A stretch of DNA of 64,000 nt from Elusimicrobiota bacterium (GCA_043811535.1 JBDRNC010000017.1:1-64000); one strand, 5' to 3'; shown: positions 9,264 to 21,352, counted from the first letter of the stretch. Numbers and translations: made by a program. The notes: generated from the sequence alone by a model not told the origin.

Positions 9264-10310
9264 TTAGTATTCCTTTACTTCATATTTTCTGCTGCCCAGT
9301 CCCAGTTTCTCCGCGTATTGGAGCTGGACAGACGAGTCAATGTGCGGGTAAATGAAACGCCAGAAATCTTTTCCGCCGTAGGCCTTGTTGACAAGGTCCG
9401 CGCAGGCCTGGTCCAGGGCTACCGGGTCGGCGCCCGCCATCACGCCGATATTATCCAGAAGCGGCGGCTCAACGGTCTTGTAGCAGTCGCAGAGTTTTGT
9501 CACGTAGTTGATGAAATTCACGTAAAAGGCCCGCTTGCTTTTCAGCACGCCATACGCGTATTCCACCATTTTTTCCTGAAAGGAACTGACGCTCTCGTCC
9601 CATGGTATCTCAAACACGCCGAAAGCGCATCTCAGCGTGCATTCTCCGCACCCGACACAGACATTCGTGTCCAGGTGTATCTTTTTGTCCCTGACCTCGA
9701 GCGCCTTTACCCCGCACCACTTCGCGCACTCTCCGCAGGCCGTGCACTTCTCAACATGCATTTTCGGCCTGACGGAGTTATGCATGGCTATCTTTCCGCC
9801 GCGCGTGCCGCAGCCCATGCCGATGTTTTTCAGCGCCCCGCCGAAACCCGATAACTCGTGGCCCTTAAAGTGGCTCAGGAAAATGAAGGAATCCGCGTAA
9901 TGTATCGCGTTGGCTATCTGCACATTCTTAAAGTGTTTAAGGTTCACTTCAACGTTCGCTGCCGCGTTGCCCCTGAGGCCGTCCGCGATGATTATCGGAC
10001 AGGCGCATTTATTGAGCGTGAATCCGTGCTCGGCCGCGAGAAGCGTGTGGCTTACCGCGTTGACGCGTTTTCCGGCGTATATCGTGCTTGTATCCGTCAA
10101 AAATGGGCTTGCGTTCTTTTTCTTAATCTTATCCGATGTTATTTTAGCGTATTGCGGCTTTATGTAGCCCAAGTTGCCTTTTTCGCCGAAATGTATCTTG
10201 AGCGCGACAAGCTCGTTCTCTCTGATATGGTCCGTTGTCCCGACCGAGTCCAGCCAATCGGAAAATTTATCCAGTTTGCTCCACGGCAAAAAATACACTG
10301 TGCTTGTCAT
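9264..10310 (-). CDS. DUF362 domain Fe-S protein
   Basis: KIHFGEKGN, SHFKGH, GGALKNIGMGC; two CxxCxxCxxxC ferredoxin motifs. Confidence 0.9.
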   Translation of the reverse strand: MTSTVYFLPWSKLDKFSDWLDSVGTTDHIRENELVALKIHFGEKGNLGYIKPQYAKITSDKIKKKNASPFLTDTSTIYAGKRVNAVSHTLLAAEHGFTLNKCACPIIIADGLRGNAAANVEVNLKHFKNVQIANAIHYADSFIFLSHFKGHELSGFGGALKNIGMGCGTRGGKIAMHNSVRPKMHVEKCTACGECAKWCGVKALEVRDKKIHLDTNVCVGCGECTLRCAFGVFEIPWDESVSSFQEKMVEYAYGVLKSKRAFYVNFINYVTKLCDCYKTVEPPLLDNIGVMAGADPVALDQACADLVNKAYGGKDFWRFIYPHIDSSVQLQYAEKLGLGSRKYEVKEY

Positions 10311-10332
10311 TGTCTCTCCTTGACCCTTGACC

Positions 10333-11037
10333 CTATTTGTTATATTTTCTCAATTGTTTCAGCGTGACTTCAAAATCTTTAGGGAGAGGGGATTCAACGG
10401 TCATTTCTTTCCCTTCCTCCGGTTCCTTGAAAGTTATCGATGCCGCGTGCAGAGAGAGCCGGCCGATAAGAGGTTTTTCCTTCCCCTTTTTCTTGTAATT
10501 CCGTTTTATATCCGAAAGGTATATCGAGTTCGTGTGGGTATATTCCGGGTCAACGGCGAGAGGATATCCGGCATGCCACAGGTGTATCCTTATCTGGTGC
10601 CGTCTTCCTGTCTGCGGGCTGACTTCAAGATATGAATAGTTTATGAACCGCTCCAGCACTTTGTAATCAGTCACTGAATACTTGCCCATCGCGCTTATGG
10701 CTACTCTTCTTGCTGTTATCGTGATTGGCTGGATTATAGAGCCCTCGTCCTTGGGCATTACGCCCCTGACAAGCGTCAGGTATTTCTTTTTCACTTCCCC
10801 GGCTTCGAATTGGGCGCAAAGAAAAGCGTGCGCTTCGGCGTCTTTGGCGAAAAGCAGGACTCCGGAAGTGTCCCTGTCGATCCTGTGCACGACGAAGGCC
10901 TTTTTGTTGATATAGTTTGAAACCTTGCCCTGAAGAGTATTAGAGATATCGGTATACTGGTCGGGAATGACGATAATTCCGGTAGGTTTGTCCACGGCGA
11001 GTACGCGCTTGTTTTCAAAAAGTATATTCAATGTCAT
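10333..11037 (-). CDS. RluA-family pseudouridine synthase
   Basis: VHRIDRDTSG, PQTGRRHQIRIH, LHA. Confidence 0.93.
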   Translation of the reverse strand: MTLNILFENKRVLAVDKPTGIIVIPDQYTDISNTLQGKVSNYINKKAFVVHRIDRDTSGVLLFAKDAEAHAFLCAQFEAGEVKKKYLTLVRGVMPKDEGSIIQPITITARRVAISAMGKYSVTDYKVLERFINYSYLEVSPQTGRRHQIRIHLWHAGYPLAVDPEYTHTNSIYLSDIKRNYKKKGKEKPLIGRLSLHAASITFKEPEEGKEMTVESPLPKDFEVTLKQLRKYNK

Positions 11038-11111
11038 AGTTACTAATTGCTAATTGTTGATTGTTAATTGCTGATTGAGCCATTGGCAATTAGCCATTAG
11101 CGATCAGTAAC
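11038..11111. repeat. 7-nt-period inverted tandem array (AATTGYT / CAATTAG)
   Basis: aattgct aattgtt gattgtt aattgct gattg ... cattggc aattagc cattagc gatcagt filling the ligA-rluA junction. Confidence 0.75.
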
Positions 11112-11113
11112 AA

Positions 11114-13279
<2,166 letters not shown>

Positions 13280-13301
13280 TTAAATCCCTGGCATTAAATC
13301 C

Positions 13302-13718
13302 CTAATGTTTCGTTTCCTCGCGGATCGTTTTAAGCTTGTCCAGGATTCCGTTTACGAATTTTCCTGAATCCGGCGTGGAGTACTTTTTGGCGATCTCGAC
13401 CGCTTCATCAATGATGACGTTTATGGGCGTTTCGGGCATGTCCATGATCTCGTACGCGGCAAATCTGAGAATGTTTCTGTCAATGACCGCCATCCTGTCC
13501 ATTTCCCAGTTCTCGGCATGGTCGCCTATGATGCCGTCCAGTTTTCCTTTCCTGTTCCAAGTGCCTTTAAAAAGATGATCGGCAAAACCCTGGCTTGCGG
13601 CGGGGACTCTCACCTCTGCGAAGCACGCTTTTTCCGCTTCGTCGGGCGTGAAACCACAGTTGTCGCAAAGATACAGCATCTGCAACGCTGTTTCGCGGGC
13701 CAGACGTCTGCTACCCAT
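13302..13718 (-). CDS. nusB: Transcription antitermination factor NusB
   Basis: RRLARETALQMLY, IDRNILR, DEAVEIAKKY, KFVNGILD; GGAGG upstream of ATG 13718. Confidence 0.96.
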   Translation of the reverse strand: MGSRRLARETALQMLYLCDNCGFTPDEAEKACFAEVRVPAASQGFADHLFKGTWNRKGKLDGIIGDHAENWEMDRMAVIDRNILRFAAYEIMDMPETPINVIIDEAVEIAKKYSTPDSGKFVNGILDKLKTIREETKH

Positions 13719-13832
13719 ATGTTTTTTCCTCCCGCTTCCGGAAAGACCGGAAGACGAAATTAAAAGAACAGCTTTCAATCACAGAACACGGTTATTTGCA
13801 GCAAAATTCAAATTTAAAGATCTTCAATATGA

Positions 13833-13861
13833 ATTATATAATTCAAAATCATCAATGTCAA
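13833..13861 (-). promoter_or_regulatory. Sigma70 promoter of nusB-ligA
   Basis: Perfect TTGACA-17 nt-TATAAT on the minus strand. Confidence 0.8.
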
Positions 13862-13996
13862 TGATTTTTTTTAAAATAAGTAAGATCATCGAGCGTAAAA
13901 ACCCGGTAAAAGATGGAAAAAGACAGCAGCTAAACGCGAAAAGACAGCCTGCAGTTCCCTGCCGGCCGTCTTTTCTTTGTTTATGGTAGTGCTCTG

Positions 13997-14031
13997 GTTA
14001 CTAATCACTAGTCACCAGTCAATAGTCACTG
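13997..14031. repeat. Heptamer array (GTCACYR)x5
   Basis: gttacta atcacta gtcacca gtcaata gtcactg just after the ribH stop. Confidence 0.75.
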
Positions 14032-14036
14032 TCTTT

Positions 14037-14501
14037 TTATATTTGCCCGTACAGATTTACCATTTCTATGGCGCTTTCGGCCGCTTCGGCGCCTTTATTG
14101 CCCGATTTTGTGCCCGCGCGTTCAATGGACTGTTCTATAGAATCCGTTGTGAGCACGCCGAATATCACCGGTATCCCGCTTTTCATCCCGACATGCGCCA
14201 CGCCTTTGGATACTTCCGCGGCGATGTAATCGAAATGGGGCGTGTCCCCTCTGATGACGCAGCCGAGACAGATGACGGCGTCGAACTTCTTGCTCTCGGA
14301 CATTTTTTGCGCGACCACCGGTATTTCGAACGAGCCCGGGACCCACGCGACCGAAATGTTCTTCTCGTCCGCGTTGTGGCGGACAAGCGAGTCAATCGCC
14401 CCGCCGAGTAGTTTGCCCGTAATGAACTCGTTGAAGCGTGAGACCACGATGCCGAATTTCTTTCCTGTCGCGTCCATCTTGCCTGTTAATACCTTTGACA
14501 T
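14037..14501 (-). CDS. ribH: 6,7-dimethyl-8-ribityllumazine synthase
   Basis: [36 protein letters not shown]. Confidence 0.97.
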   Translation of the reverse strand: MSKVLTGKMDATGKKFGIVVSRFNEFITGKLLGGAIDSLVRHNADEKNISVAWVPGSFEIPVVAQKMSESKKFDAVICLGCVIRGDTPHFDYIAAEVSKGVAHVGMKSGIPVIFGVLTTDSIEQSIERAGTKSGNKGAEAAESAIEMVNLYGQI

Positions 14502-14529
14502 GATACCTCCCTTTGAAATCATTAACTAC

Positions 14530-14605
14530 GTTGTTAGTTGACAGTTGACCGTTGACAAAAACATCATTTGAATTTACTGTTATCCGTCAACAGTGAACCG
14601 TCATC
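14530..14605. repeat. Heptamer inverted array (GTTGACA / GTCAAC)
   Basis: gttgtta gttgaca gttgacc gttgaca ... cgtcaac agtgaac cgtcatc. Confidence 0.75.
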
Positions 14606-14608
14606 GCC

Positions 14609-15820
14609 TTATATGTTCAGCAAATGCCCCATCTTCTCTTTTTTTGTTTTAAGATATTTTTTTGTGTTGTGAGTCGGGTGCACCTCTATAGGGACTCTTT
14701 TTGTTATCTTTAGTCCGTATCCTTCAAGGCCTATTATCTTGCGCGGGTTATTGGTCATGAGTCTGATAGAGGAGAGCCCGAGGTCCGAAAGTATCTGCGC
14801 GCCTATGCCGTAGTCGCGCAGGTCGGCCGGAAAGCCCAGGGCGATATTCGCCTCGACTGTGTCAAGTCCGTGTTTTTGCTGAAGGTGATACGCGAGAATT
14901 TTGTTTGCAAGGCCGATGCCGCGTCCTTCCTGCTGCATGTAAAGCACTACCCCCTCGCCTTCTTTTTCTATCATCATCATGGATCTTTGCAGCTGGTCCC
15001 CGCAGTCGCACCGCAGAGAACGGAGCACGTCGCCCGTCAGGCAGGACGAGTGAACCCTGACAAGCACGTTCTTTTTTTCCGCTATGTCGCCTTTGACGAG
15101 AGCGAGGTGCTTTTCGTTTGTTATCATATCCGTGTAAAGGTGGAGCTTGAACGAGCCGTATTTCGTCGGCAGGTCAACGGCTACCTCGCACTTTACGAGT
15201 TTCTCGGTTTTTCTGCGGTATTCTATGAGGTCCTCAATGGTTATCATTTTAAGCTTGCGGCGCTTTGCGAATTTAGCCAGTTGCGGCAGGCGCGACATCG
15301 TGCCGTCTTCGTTCATTATCTCGCAGATGACTCCTGCGGGATAGAGTCCCGCCATCCGGGCCAGGTCGACCGCCGCCTCGGTGTGCCCGGCGCGAACCAG
15401 AACGCCGCCTTCCTTGTACCTAAGCGGGAATATGTGGCCGGGGCGCATGAAATCCTCCGGTTTTGCCTTATGGTTTAGAGCCCATTTTATGGTTTTGGCG
15501 CGGTCATGCGCCGATATGCCGGTTGTCGTGCCGTGTTTCACGTCTATAGATACCGTGAAGGCGGCTTCTCTCGCCTCGTTCGCTTTTTCCACCATAGGTT
15601 CAATTTTCAAATCGTCCAGGCGCGAGCCGGCGAGCGGCAGGCATATCAGTCCGCGTCCGTATTTCGCCATAAAATTTATCATTTCAGGGGTGGTTTTATC
15701 GGCGGCGCAGACGAGGTCGCCCTCGTTTTCCCTTGAGGGATCATCAACGACCACTATCATACGGCCGTTCTTGATTTCTTTTACAGCTTCTTCAATTGTC
15801 GCGAATTTAGCCTTATTCAT
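14609..15820 (-). CDS. ribBA: DHBP synthase / GTP cyclohydrolase II
   Basis: [47 protein letters not shown]. Confidence 0.97.
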   Translation of the reverse strand: MNKAKFATIEEAVKEIKNGRMIVVVDDPSRENEGDLVCAADKTTPEMINFMAKYGRGLICLPLAGSRLDDLKIEPMVEKANEAREAAFTVSIDVKHGTTTGISAHDRAKTIKWALNHKAKPEDFMRPGHIFPLRYKEGGVLVRAGHTEAAVDLARMAGLYPAGVICEIMNEDGTMSRLPQLAKFAKRRKLKMITIEDLIEYRRKTEKLVKCEVAVDLPTKYGSFKLHLYTDMITNEKHLALVKGDIAEKKNVLVRVHSSCLTGDVLRSLRCDCGDQLQRSMMMIEKEGEGVVLYMQQEGRGIGLANKILAYHLQQKHGLDTVEANIALGFPADLRDYGIGAQILSDLGLSSIRLMTNNPRKIIGLEGYGLKITKRVPIEVHPTHNTKKYLKTKKEKMGHLLNI

Positions 15821-15843
15821 GTTTTCCTTTCGGTGTTTTACCA

Positions 15844-15871
15844 GTCACTGGTCACTAGTCACCAGTCACTG
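15844..15871. repeat. Heptamer array (GTCACYR)x4
   Basis: gtcactg gtcacta gtcacca gtcactg just after the ribE stop. Confidence 0.8.
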
Positions 15872-15874
15872 TCG

Positions 15875-16513
15875 TTAAAATCCGTTCTCCTTGAGGTATT
15901 CTTCCGTGATATCATCTGTTTTCAGACATCCGGATTGCATCATGTTTTCAACGTATTTTGCCAGTATGTCCGGTTCCAGATTGACCGGATCGCCTGGTTT
16001 CCTGTATTTTAGGGCCGTGTTTTCCAGCGTGTGGGGTATCAATGCGACGGAAAATCCGCCATCCGTCTTGTCCACAACCGTCAGGCTTATGCCGTCAACG
16101 CCCACCGAGCCCTTAGGCACGATGTATTTCAGTATATCTTTCGGAACCGAGAAGACAGCTATCAGCGAGTTGCCCGACTTTTTTACATGTTTCAGCGCGC
16201 CTGTCTGTTCCACGTGCCCGGTCATGATGTGCCCTCCGAACCGGCCTTGAGCCGACATGGCCCTTTCCAGATTGACCTTTTCGCCGGTTTTCAGGATTTT
16301 CAGGGATGTCCTGCCGGTTGTCTCCGGGCTCGCGTCAAAACTTACGCTGGTCTGATCCTTACTAGCCGGGGATAAAGACCGCACCGTAAGGCATACCCCG
16401 TTGACTGATATGCTGTCGCCCTTTTTGATACCCTGCAGGCCCGTCCGGACATGCAGAACACCCGGTTCTGTTCCGGTTACCTGTCCCAGTTCTTCAACTA
16501 TCCCTGTGAACAT
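15875..16513 (-). CDS. ribE: Riboflavin synthase
   Basis: MFTGIVEE, NGVCLTV, VNLERA, GGHIMTGHV, DGISLTV. Confidence 0.97.
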   Translation of the reverse strand: MFTGIVEELGQVTGTEPGVLHVRTGLQGIKKGDSISVNGVCLTVRSLSPASKDQTSVSFDASPETTGRTSLKILKTGEKVNLERAMSAQGRFGGHIMTGHVEQTGALKHVKKSGNSLIAVFSVPKDILKYIVPKGSVGVDGISLTVVDKTDGGFSVALIPHTLENTALKYRKPGDPVNLEPDILAKYVENMMQSGCLKTDDITEEYLKENGF

Positions 16514-16516
16514 TTT

Positions 16517-16642
16517 ACCCCGTTAGAAATAAGTTGCCCACAGGCAACCGCAGTATCTGTATTTTTGATTGAAATATTAGGTATTAAGTTGATTATCATA
16601 GTCTGAAATAATTTCATTAAGTTCTGGTATTTCTAACGGGGT
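16517..16642. mobile_element. MITE-like element with 15-bp terminal inverted repeats
   Basis: ACCCCGTTAGAAATA (16517-16531) ... TATTTCTAACGGGGT (16628-16642); overlaps the ribD 3' end. Confidence 0.6.
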
Positions 16643-17729
16643 GAATCCTTCCTTCTATCATGATATCCGGCCCGAAACGCCTGACCTTCCAGTTCCTGAC
16701 CGGAATTGACTGGTTGATCCAGGAAAAACCCTGACCTTCCATGGGCGTCTTGGCATTCCTGCCGCCAAGCAGTTTCGGAGCTACGAAGACAATAATGCTG
16801 TCTGCTATTTTAGCCTTTAGAGCCGAAAAAACAGTTTCTCCGCCACCTTCAATTAGTATTGAATTTACGCACATATTATTTAATTTGCTAATCATATCCT
16901 TGAAGTCTGGCACTCCGTTTTTCAAGGGCATCTTGCAGGCGATAATCCCAATTTTTTTCAAAGCCTCAAGTTTAGCTTTAACAAAATGGGGACCATGAAA
17001 AACGATTGTAGACGCGGATTTGTCCAGAATGCGGCTATTAATAGGTATACATAAACCTGGGTCAACCACTATTCGGACCGGATTTCGGCCTTTTCCGTGG
17101 CTTGTCAAACGGGGGTTATCCTTCAAAACGGTCCCAATACCCACCAAAACGCCATCTACTTGGGAACGCAGCTTATGGGCATACCCCCTGCTTTTGGGGC
17201 CGGATATCCATTTTGAATCCCCGGTATGAGATGCTATTTTCCCATCCAAAGTCATGGCAACTTTTATGATAACCTCAGGTTTGCGGTTTTTCATATGGTT
17301 CAAATAGTCACAATTGAGCGCCCGGGCCTGGTTTTCCAGTAGTCCGAAGGCCGTTTTTACCCCTTTTGAGGACAGTTTCTTCAGCCCCTGTCCCGCGACC
17401 ATGGGATTGGGATCTTTCATGGCGGCATATACCTTATTAATACCTGCTTCTATAATGGCATCCGTACAGGGCGGGGTCTTCCCGTGATGATTGCACGGCT
17501 CAAGCGTGATATACATGTCGGCGCCTTCCGCATTCGCGCCGACTAACCTCAGCGCGTTGATCTCGGCGTGCGGCCCGCCGAAACGCCCGTGCCACCCCTT
17601 CCCGACCACCTTTCCGCCCTTAACCAGCACGCACCCGACCATTGGGTTAGGGAACACCCTATTCTTACCCCTTTTCGCTAGGGATAGAGCAAGGTTCATG
17701 AACTTTTTGTCTTGTTTTGTGTATTTCAT
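16617..17729 (-). CDS. ribD: Riboflavin deaminase/reductase
   Basis: PNPMVG, HAE, TLEPCNHHGKTPPC, TLDGKIA, IEGGG. Confidence 0.97.
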   Translation of the reverse strand: MKYTKQDKKFMNLALSLAKRGKNRVFPNPMVGCVLVKGGKVVGKGWHGRFGGPHAEINALRLVGANAEGADMYITLEPCNHHGKTPPCTDAIIEAGINKVYAAMKDPNPMVAGQGLKKLSSKGVKTAFGLLENQARALNCDYLNHMKNRKPEVIIKVAMTLDGKIASHTGDSKWISGPKSRGYAHKLRSQVDGVLVGIGTVLKDNPRLTSHGKGRNPVRIVVDPGLCIPINSRILDKSASTIVFHGPHFVKAKLEALKKIGIIACKMPLKNGVPDFKDMISKLNNMCVNSILIEGGGETVFSALKAKIADSIIVFVAPKLLGGRNAKTPMEGQGFSWINQSIPVRNWKVRRFGPDIMIEGRIHPVRNTRT

Positions 17730-17841
17730 GTTTAATTTCAGGTCAAATGCTCCTTAAATGTGTTCATCCTGCTTCGTTGACTATGTCAAAATTCTCTTCG
17801 ATAATTTTGACATACTTCGCAGGATTATTTTTTGCTTACGC

Positions 17842-17878
17842 AAAAAATAAAAAACCCGAAGATCACGGTCTCTTCGGG
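17842..17878 (-). terminator. Intrinsic terminator in rib leader (riboswitch expression platform)
   Basis: CCCGAAGA-loop-TCTTCGGG followed by TTTTTTATTTTTT on the minus strand; its 5' arm can alternatively pair with the aptamer P1 strand TCTTCGGG. Confidence 0.8.
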
Positions 17879-17917
17879 AGAAAAATACATGCAACGGCAA
17901 TTGACCATTGCATTTCT

Positions 17918-18052
17918 GTTCTTCTTCCTTCCGGACTTTTACCGTCGGCATCCGATTCTCACGGATTCAGTCCCCGCGTCGAGCGAGGAGTCGTAGGCTA
18001 CCCTTTTCAGGATCACTACCGATAGGGAATTTCACCCTACCCCGAAGAACAA
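17918..18052 (-). ncRNA. FMN riboswitch (RFN element)
   Basis: TCTTCGGGGTAGGGTGAAATTCCCTATCGGTAGT...GCCGACGGTAAAAGTCCGGAAGGAAGAAG upstream of ribD. Confidence 0.95.
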
Positions 18053-18087
18053 ACTGATTCTTATTAAGTTGTTTTTGTGACGTCCAT

Positions 18088-18116
18088 ATTAAAGCAAATT
18101 AGGGCTGTTTTGTCAA
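18088..18116 (-). promoter_or_regulatory. Sigma70 promoter of rib operon
   Basis: TTGACA-17 nt-TTTAAT upstream of the riboswitch. Confidence 0.7.
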
Positions 18117-18120
18117 TCCT

Positions 18121-18208
18121 CCTTCGTCTCGCCTTCGGCGGATTTCCCTGCCGCGGCGGATCGCGAAACGGCTTATTCATATGAGGGCTTGCACCTGCAG
18201 AGCCTCAA
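18121..18208. repeat. 90-bp double-hairpin element, copy A (degenerate)
   Basis: CTTCGGCGGATTTC core, CTTATTCA, ends GAGCCTCAA. Confidence 0.7.
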
Positions 18209-19089
18209 TACCTGTTCTCTATCTGCTGGAGGTCGAGCATTATCGCCACGTGGGTGGTGAAGACCTGGAATGCCTCTAGATCGTTCTGTGTGAACGGGTA
18301 ATTATCTTTAGTTTCCAGGCGGTTCAGGTTGATGACGCCGATCAACTTGTCATAACGTATCAAAGGAACCACCATTGACGATACAATTTCCTTTTTCGGT
18401 TTGAAATCGCCGAATTGAGGCAGATCCCTGAACCCGTCCTGTATCAGAAGGGGTTTTTTCTCCTTGGCGACCCACCCGGCAATGCGTTCCCCGACCTTGA
18501 TTTCCTGTTCCATTTCAAGTTCGGAATTAATCGCAGCCATGATCCTTATTTTGTTGCTTTCCGGGACATACATCATTATTGATCCGCTGGACGCATTCAA
18601 GGTTTTAACGGCGCATTCAAGGATAAGTTCAAGAAACTGCGGAATGGTTCTTTTTTTTCCGGTATCGTGGTAGATGTGGTAGAGCGCGACTATCTCGCGG
18701 TATATGTTCTCGTTCTTTTTCAGCCGGATATATTCTATGGTTTTCTGCGCGCTTGTGATAATCTCGCCGACAATGAAAGGCTTTAAAATATAGTCGTACG
18801 CGCCGTACCTCAGCGCTTCTATGGCCATATCCACGCTTGTTTCAGCGGTCATCATTATGACTTCAATGACCGGATATGATTCCTTTATTTCCTTCAACAG
18901 CTCCAGACCGTCGGTGTCCAGAATTCTTATATCCAGGAAAGCGATGTCGACAAGCGTCTCCTGAAGGATTTTCATGGCATTTTTGCCGTTGTCCGCGGTA
19001 TACACTTTATACCCGGCGCGTTCGAGTACACCCCGGCAGATATCCAGGATATCCTGCTCGTCGTCAACGATAAGTATCTTATTTTCCAT
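18205..19089 (-). CDS. Response regulator receiver + GAF domain protein
   Basis: ILIVDDE, FLDIR, DYILKPF; GAF-like IAGWVAKEKKPLLI, SSMVVPL, IGVINL; no output domain seen. Confidence 0.85.
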   Translation of the reverse strand: MENKILIVDDEQDILDICRGVLERAGYKVYTADNGKNAMKILQETLVDIAFLDIRILDTDGLELLKEIKESYPVIEVIMMTAETSVDMAIEALRYGAYDYILKPFIVGEIITSAQKTIEYIRLKKNENIYREIVALYHIYHDTGKKRTIPQFLELILECAVKTLNASSGSIMMYVPESNKIRIMAAINSELEMEQEIKVGERIAGWVAKEKKPLLIQDGFRDLPQFGDFKPKKEIVSSMVVPLIRYDKLIGVINLNRLETKDNYPFTQNDLEAFQVFTTHVAIMLDLQQIENRY

Positions 19090-19167
19090 AATAATTGCTA
19101 ATACGCGCAGGGAAGATACGTACCCCGCTCCCAATATTCTAACAAATTTATCAGAATAATCAATCCC

Positions 19168-19258
19168 CCTTGCGCCCCGATGAAATCGGGGCTTCGGCGG
19201 ATTTCAGCTTGTCGAGAACGTCTTATTCAAATGCCCGATAAATCGGGCAGAGCTTCAA
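19168..19258. repeat. 90-bp double-hairpin element, copy B
   Basis: GCCCCGAT/ATCGGGGC stem, CTTCGGCGGATTTC, CTTATTCA, TGCCCGAT/ATCGGGCA stem, GAGCTTCAA. Confidence 0.8.
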
Positions 19259-21303
19259 GGTTTTTTTGTTTTCCAGCGCTTGTGCAACCAGAACCAGTGG
19301 TCGGGATGCAGGCGCGTGTATTTTTCAAGGATTCCGGTATATGAAGCAGTGTAATTCCTGATGTCGGTTTCTTCGTCGCCGGACGGAACGGGTTTGGCGA
19401 CTTCCTCAAAAATCGCCGTGAAGCGCCCGTTTTCGCGGATAATGGTCGCCATAACAAGAGGGCAGTCCGCGCGTAGCGCGAAAAGCGCCGGACCCTTGGG
19501 CGTGGACGCGGGTCGGCCGAAGAAATCTACGAAAACGCCGTTTTCGTGCGCATCCTGGTCGGAAAGGATGGCGACAAACTCGTTGTCTTTAAGCGTTTTC
19601 ATGACGGCACGGAGAGACATTTTCAGCGGGGTAATCTTGATGCCTTTATTTATCCTGTATGAATTCAGCAGGTCGTCGGCCATGCGGTTTGCCTGCTGGC
19701 CGACCACGAAAGTAATCGGGTAGCTTTGGGCAAACGCCGCGCCCATCAGTTCCCAGTTGCCGAAGTGCGCCCCGACGATAACCGCGCCCCTGCCCCGTTT
19801 GCGCACTGCGTCAAGCATTTCGATCCCTCGTATCTCCACCATGTTTTTGATTTCTTCGCGCGACAATTTAGGGAAGTAAAACAGTTCGATCATGGTCTGA
19901 GAGAACTGCTGGTAGCATTTCCTGGCTATATCAAGAATTTCCCGCGGCGACTTCTCCCCCTTAAATGATTCCGTGAGACTTTGAATAACCACTTTTTTCC
20001 TGATAGGCACTAAATAGAAGATGAAATCGGCAAACCTCCTGGCGCAAAACCTTGCCAGACCGAACGGCAGAAGGCGGATGGCCGCGGTGAAAACAGCCAG
20101 CGCCCGGTATTCGATGTAGTGCTGTATCTTCTTTAGGACTTCTTTCCGCGCAGACCTGACCCAATGGTAAATTTTCAGCGCGCGGCTTTCTTCAAGCTCT
20201 ATCGCTTTTACCGGGCAGAGCTCATGGCAGCAGAGACAGCTTATGCAGGAGTCGCTTAAAACCGCGGGTTTCTTCCCCTCTTTTCCGATCGCTTTCACGG
20301 GGCAGGAATTAACGCACATCATGCAGGCAGTGCATATTTCGGGGATTATTACCGGTTTGAGCCAGACGAGTTTTCCGAGCATCCGTACAAGTATCCTTGG
20401 AATCATGTTGTAGTACCACGTGGACGGGAATTTGAAGTTGGACAAATTAAATATTGACGGATTATCTCCCAGGAGTTCAAACCCAGCATGAGCGCCTTCT
20501 TTTTTCCTGTGCTTGATGAGAAAATGTATGGTCCCTATCTTGTCCGGATTGAACCCAAGAAGCGTAGTAACGGCCGTATCCAGCGAAAGAGCGTCCTGGC
20601 CCGCGATTATCATGTGCAGTTGCCGCAACTCGCCCGAGGCCGGACCGTTGCCTTCCATGCCGATGACCCCGTCCATGATGTTGAGCCTGACCTTATGTTC
20701 AACGGCCAGGTAAATATCGGCGAGAAAAAGCCCGAAATCACCGGCATAGGGCGGTATCATTTTATGGTATTCGCCTTTCCTGAATCCTGGAATGCAGCCG
20801 TAGAAATTCTTTACCGCGCCGGTAAACGTGGCAAGGCCGTGCGTTTTTAGCTTGGGAAGGTTTATTATCCCGTCAACGCTGAAAACGATATTTGAAATGT
20901 TTACAACTGGGACAAGAGGGTGGGTGGTTTTTGTCTCTACGGATCCGGCAGTTTCAAAGTTCAGCAGTTCAATCTTTTCTTCCCTGGCGACGGCGAACAT
21001 GCCGGTTTCCTGCCAGACATGCTCGACGCCTTTTATGGCCCCGCCCGGGCTGTCACCGATGAGCGGGACGGCGCCGGCTTCTTTCACCAGGCGCGCGACG
21101 GCCCTTAGCACTTCAGGATGGGTCGTCACGCATTTTTCCGGCTGCCGGGCGGATAAAAGGTTCGGTTTGAGAAGTATCCGCTCGCCCGGCTTGACGAAAT
21201 TCTTCATGCCGCCTAAAAGCTCAACGGCGCGCCTTACGGCCGCCTGAACCTCTTCCGGCTTATATGTCGCGCACTTGATCAAACTGACTTTAGTGTCTAT
21301 CAT
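19255..21303 (-). CDS. DUF362/ferredoxin domain fused to LpxL/HtrB-type lipid A acyltransferase
   Basis: N: LLKPNLL, INLPKLKTH, GAVKN, 2x CxxCxxCxxxCP; C: HFGNWE, ILSDQ, VDFFG, PDHWFWLHKRWK. Confidence 0.85.
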   Translation of the reverse strand: MIDTKVSLIKCATYKPEEVQAAVRRAVELLGGMKNFVKPGERILLKPNLLSARQPEKCVTTHPEVLRAVARLVKEAGAVPLIGDSPGGAIKGVEHVWQETGMFAVAREEKIELLNFETAGSVETKTTHPLVPVVNISNIVFSVDGIINLPKLKTHGLATFTGAVKNFYGCIPGFRKGEYHKMIPPYAGDFGLFLADIYLAVEHKVRLNIMDGVIGMEGNGPASGELRQLHMIIAGQDALSLDTAVTTLLGFNPDKIGTIHFLIKHRKKEGAHAGFELLGDNPSIFNLSNFKFPSTWYYNMIPRILVRMLGKLVWLKPVIIPEICTACMMCVNSCPVKAIGKEGKKPAVLSDSCISCLCCHELCPVKAIELEESRALKIYHWVRSARKEVLKKIQHYIEYRALAVFTAAIRLLPFGLARFCARRFADFIFYLVPIRKKVVIQSLTESFKGEKSPREILDIARKCYQQFSQTMIELFYFPKLSREEIKNMVEIRGIEMLDAVRKRGRGAVIVGAHFGNWELMGAAFAQSYPITFVVGQQANRMADDLLNSYRINKGIKITPLKMSLRAVMKTLKDNEFVAILSDQDAHENGVFVDFFGRPASTPKGPALFALRADCPLVMATIIRENGRFTAIFEEVAKPVPSGDEETDIRNYTASYTGILEKYTRLHPDHWFWLHKRWKTKKP

Positions 21304-21352
21304 TTTTTGGCGTAATGTGAAATCTGAAATATGAAATCTGAAATTGCAGCTA

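Noticed and set aside
16780..17330. ribD reductase half looks somewhat AT-rich (mosaic?)
   Set aside because: A modest shift judged by eye; frame and motifs are intact; not supportable without computation.
17782..17814. Palindrome TATGTCAAAATT-N9-AATTTTGACATA in the rib leader
   Set aside because: A single occurrence; cannot tell an operator from an incidental hairpin.
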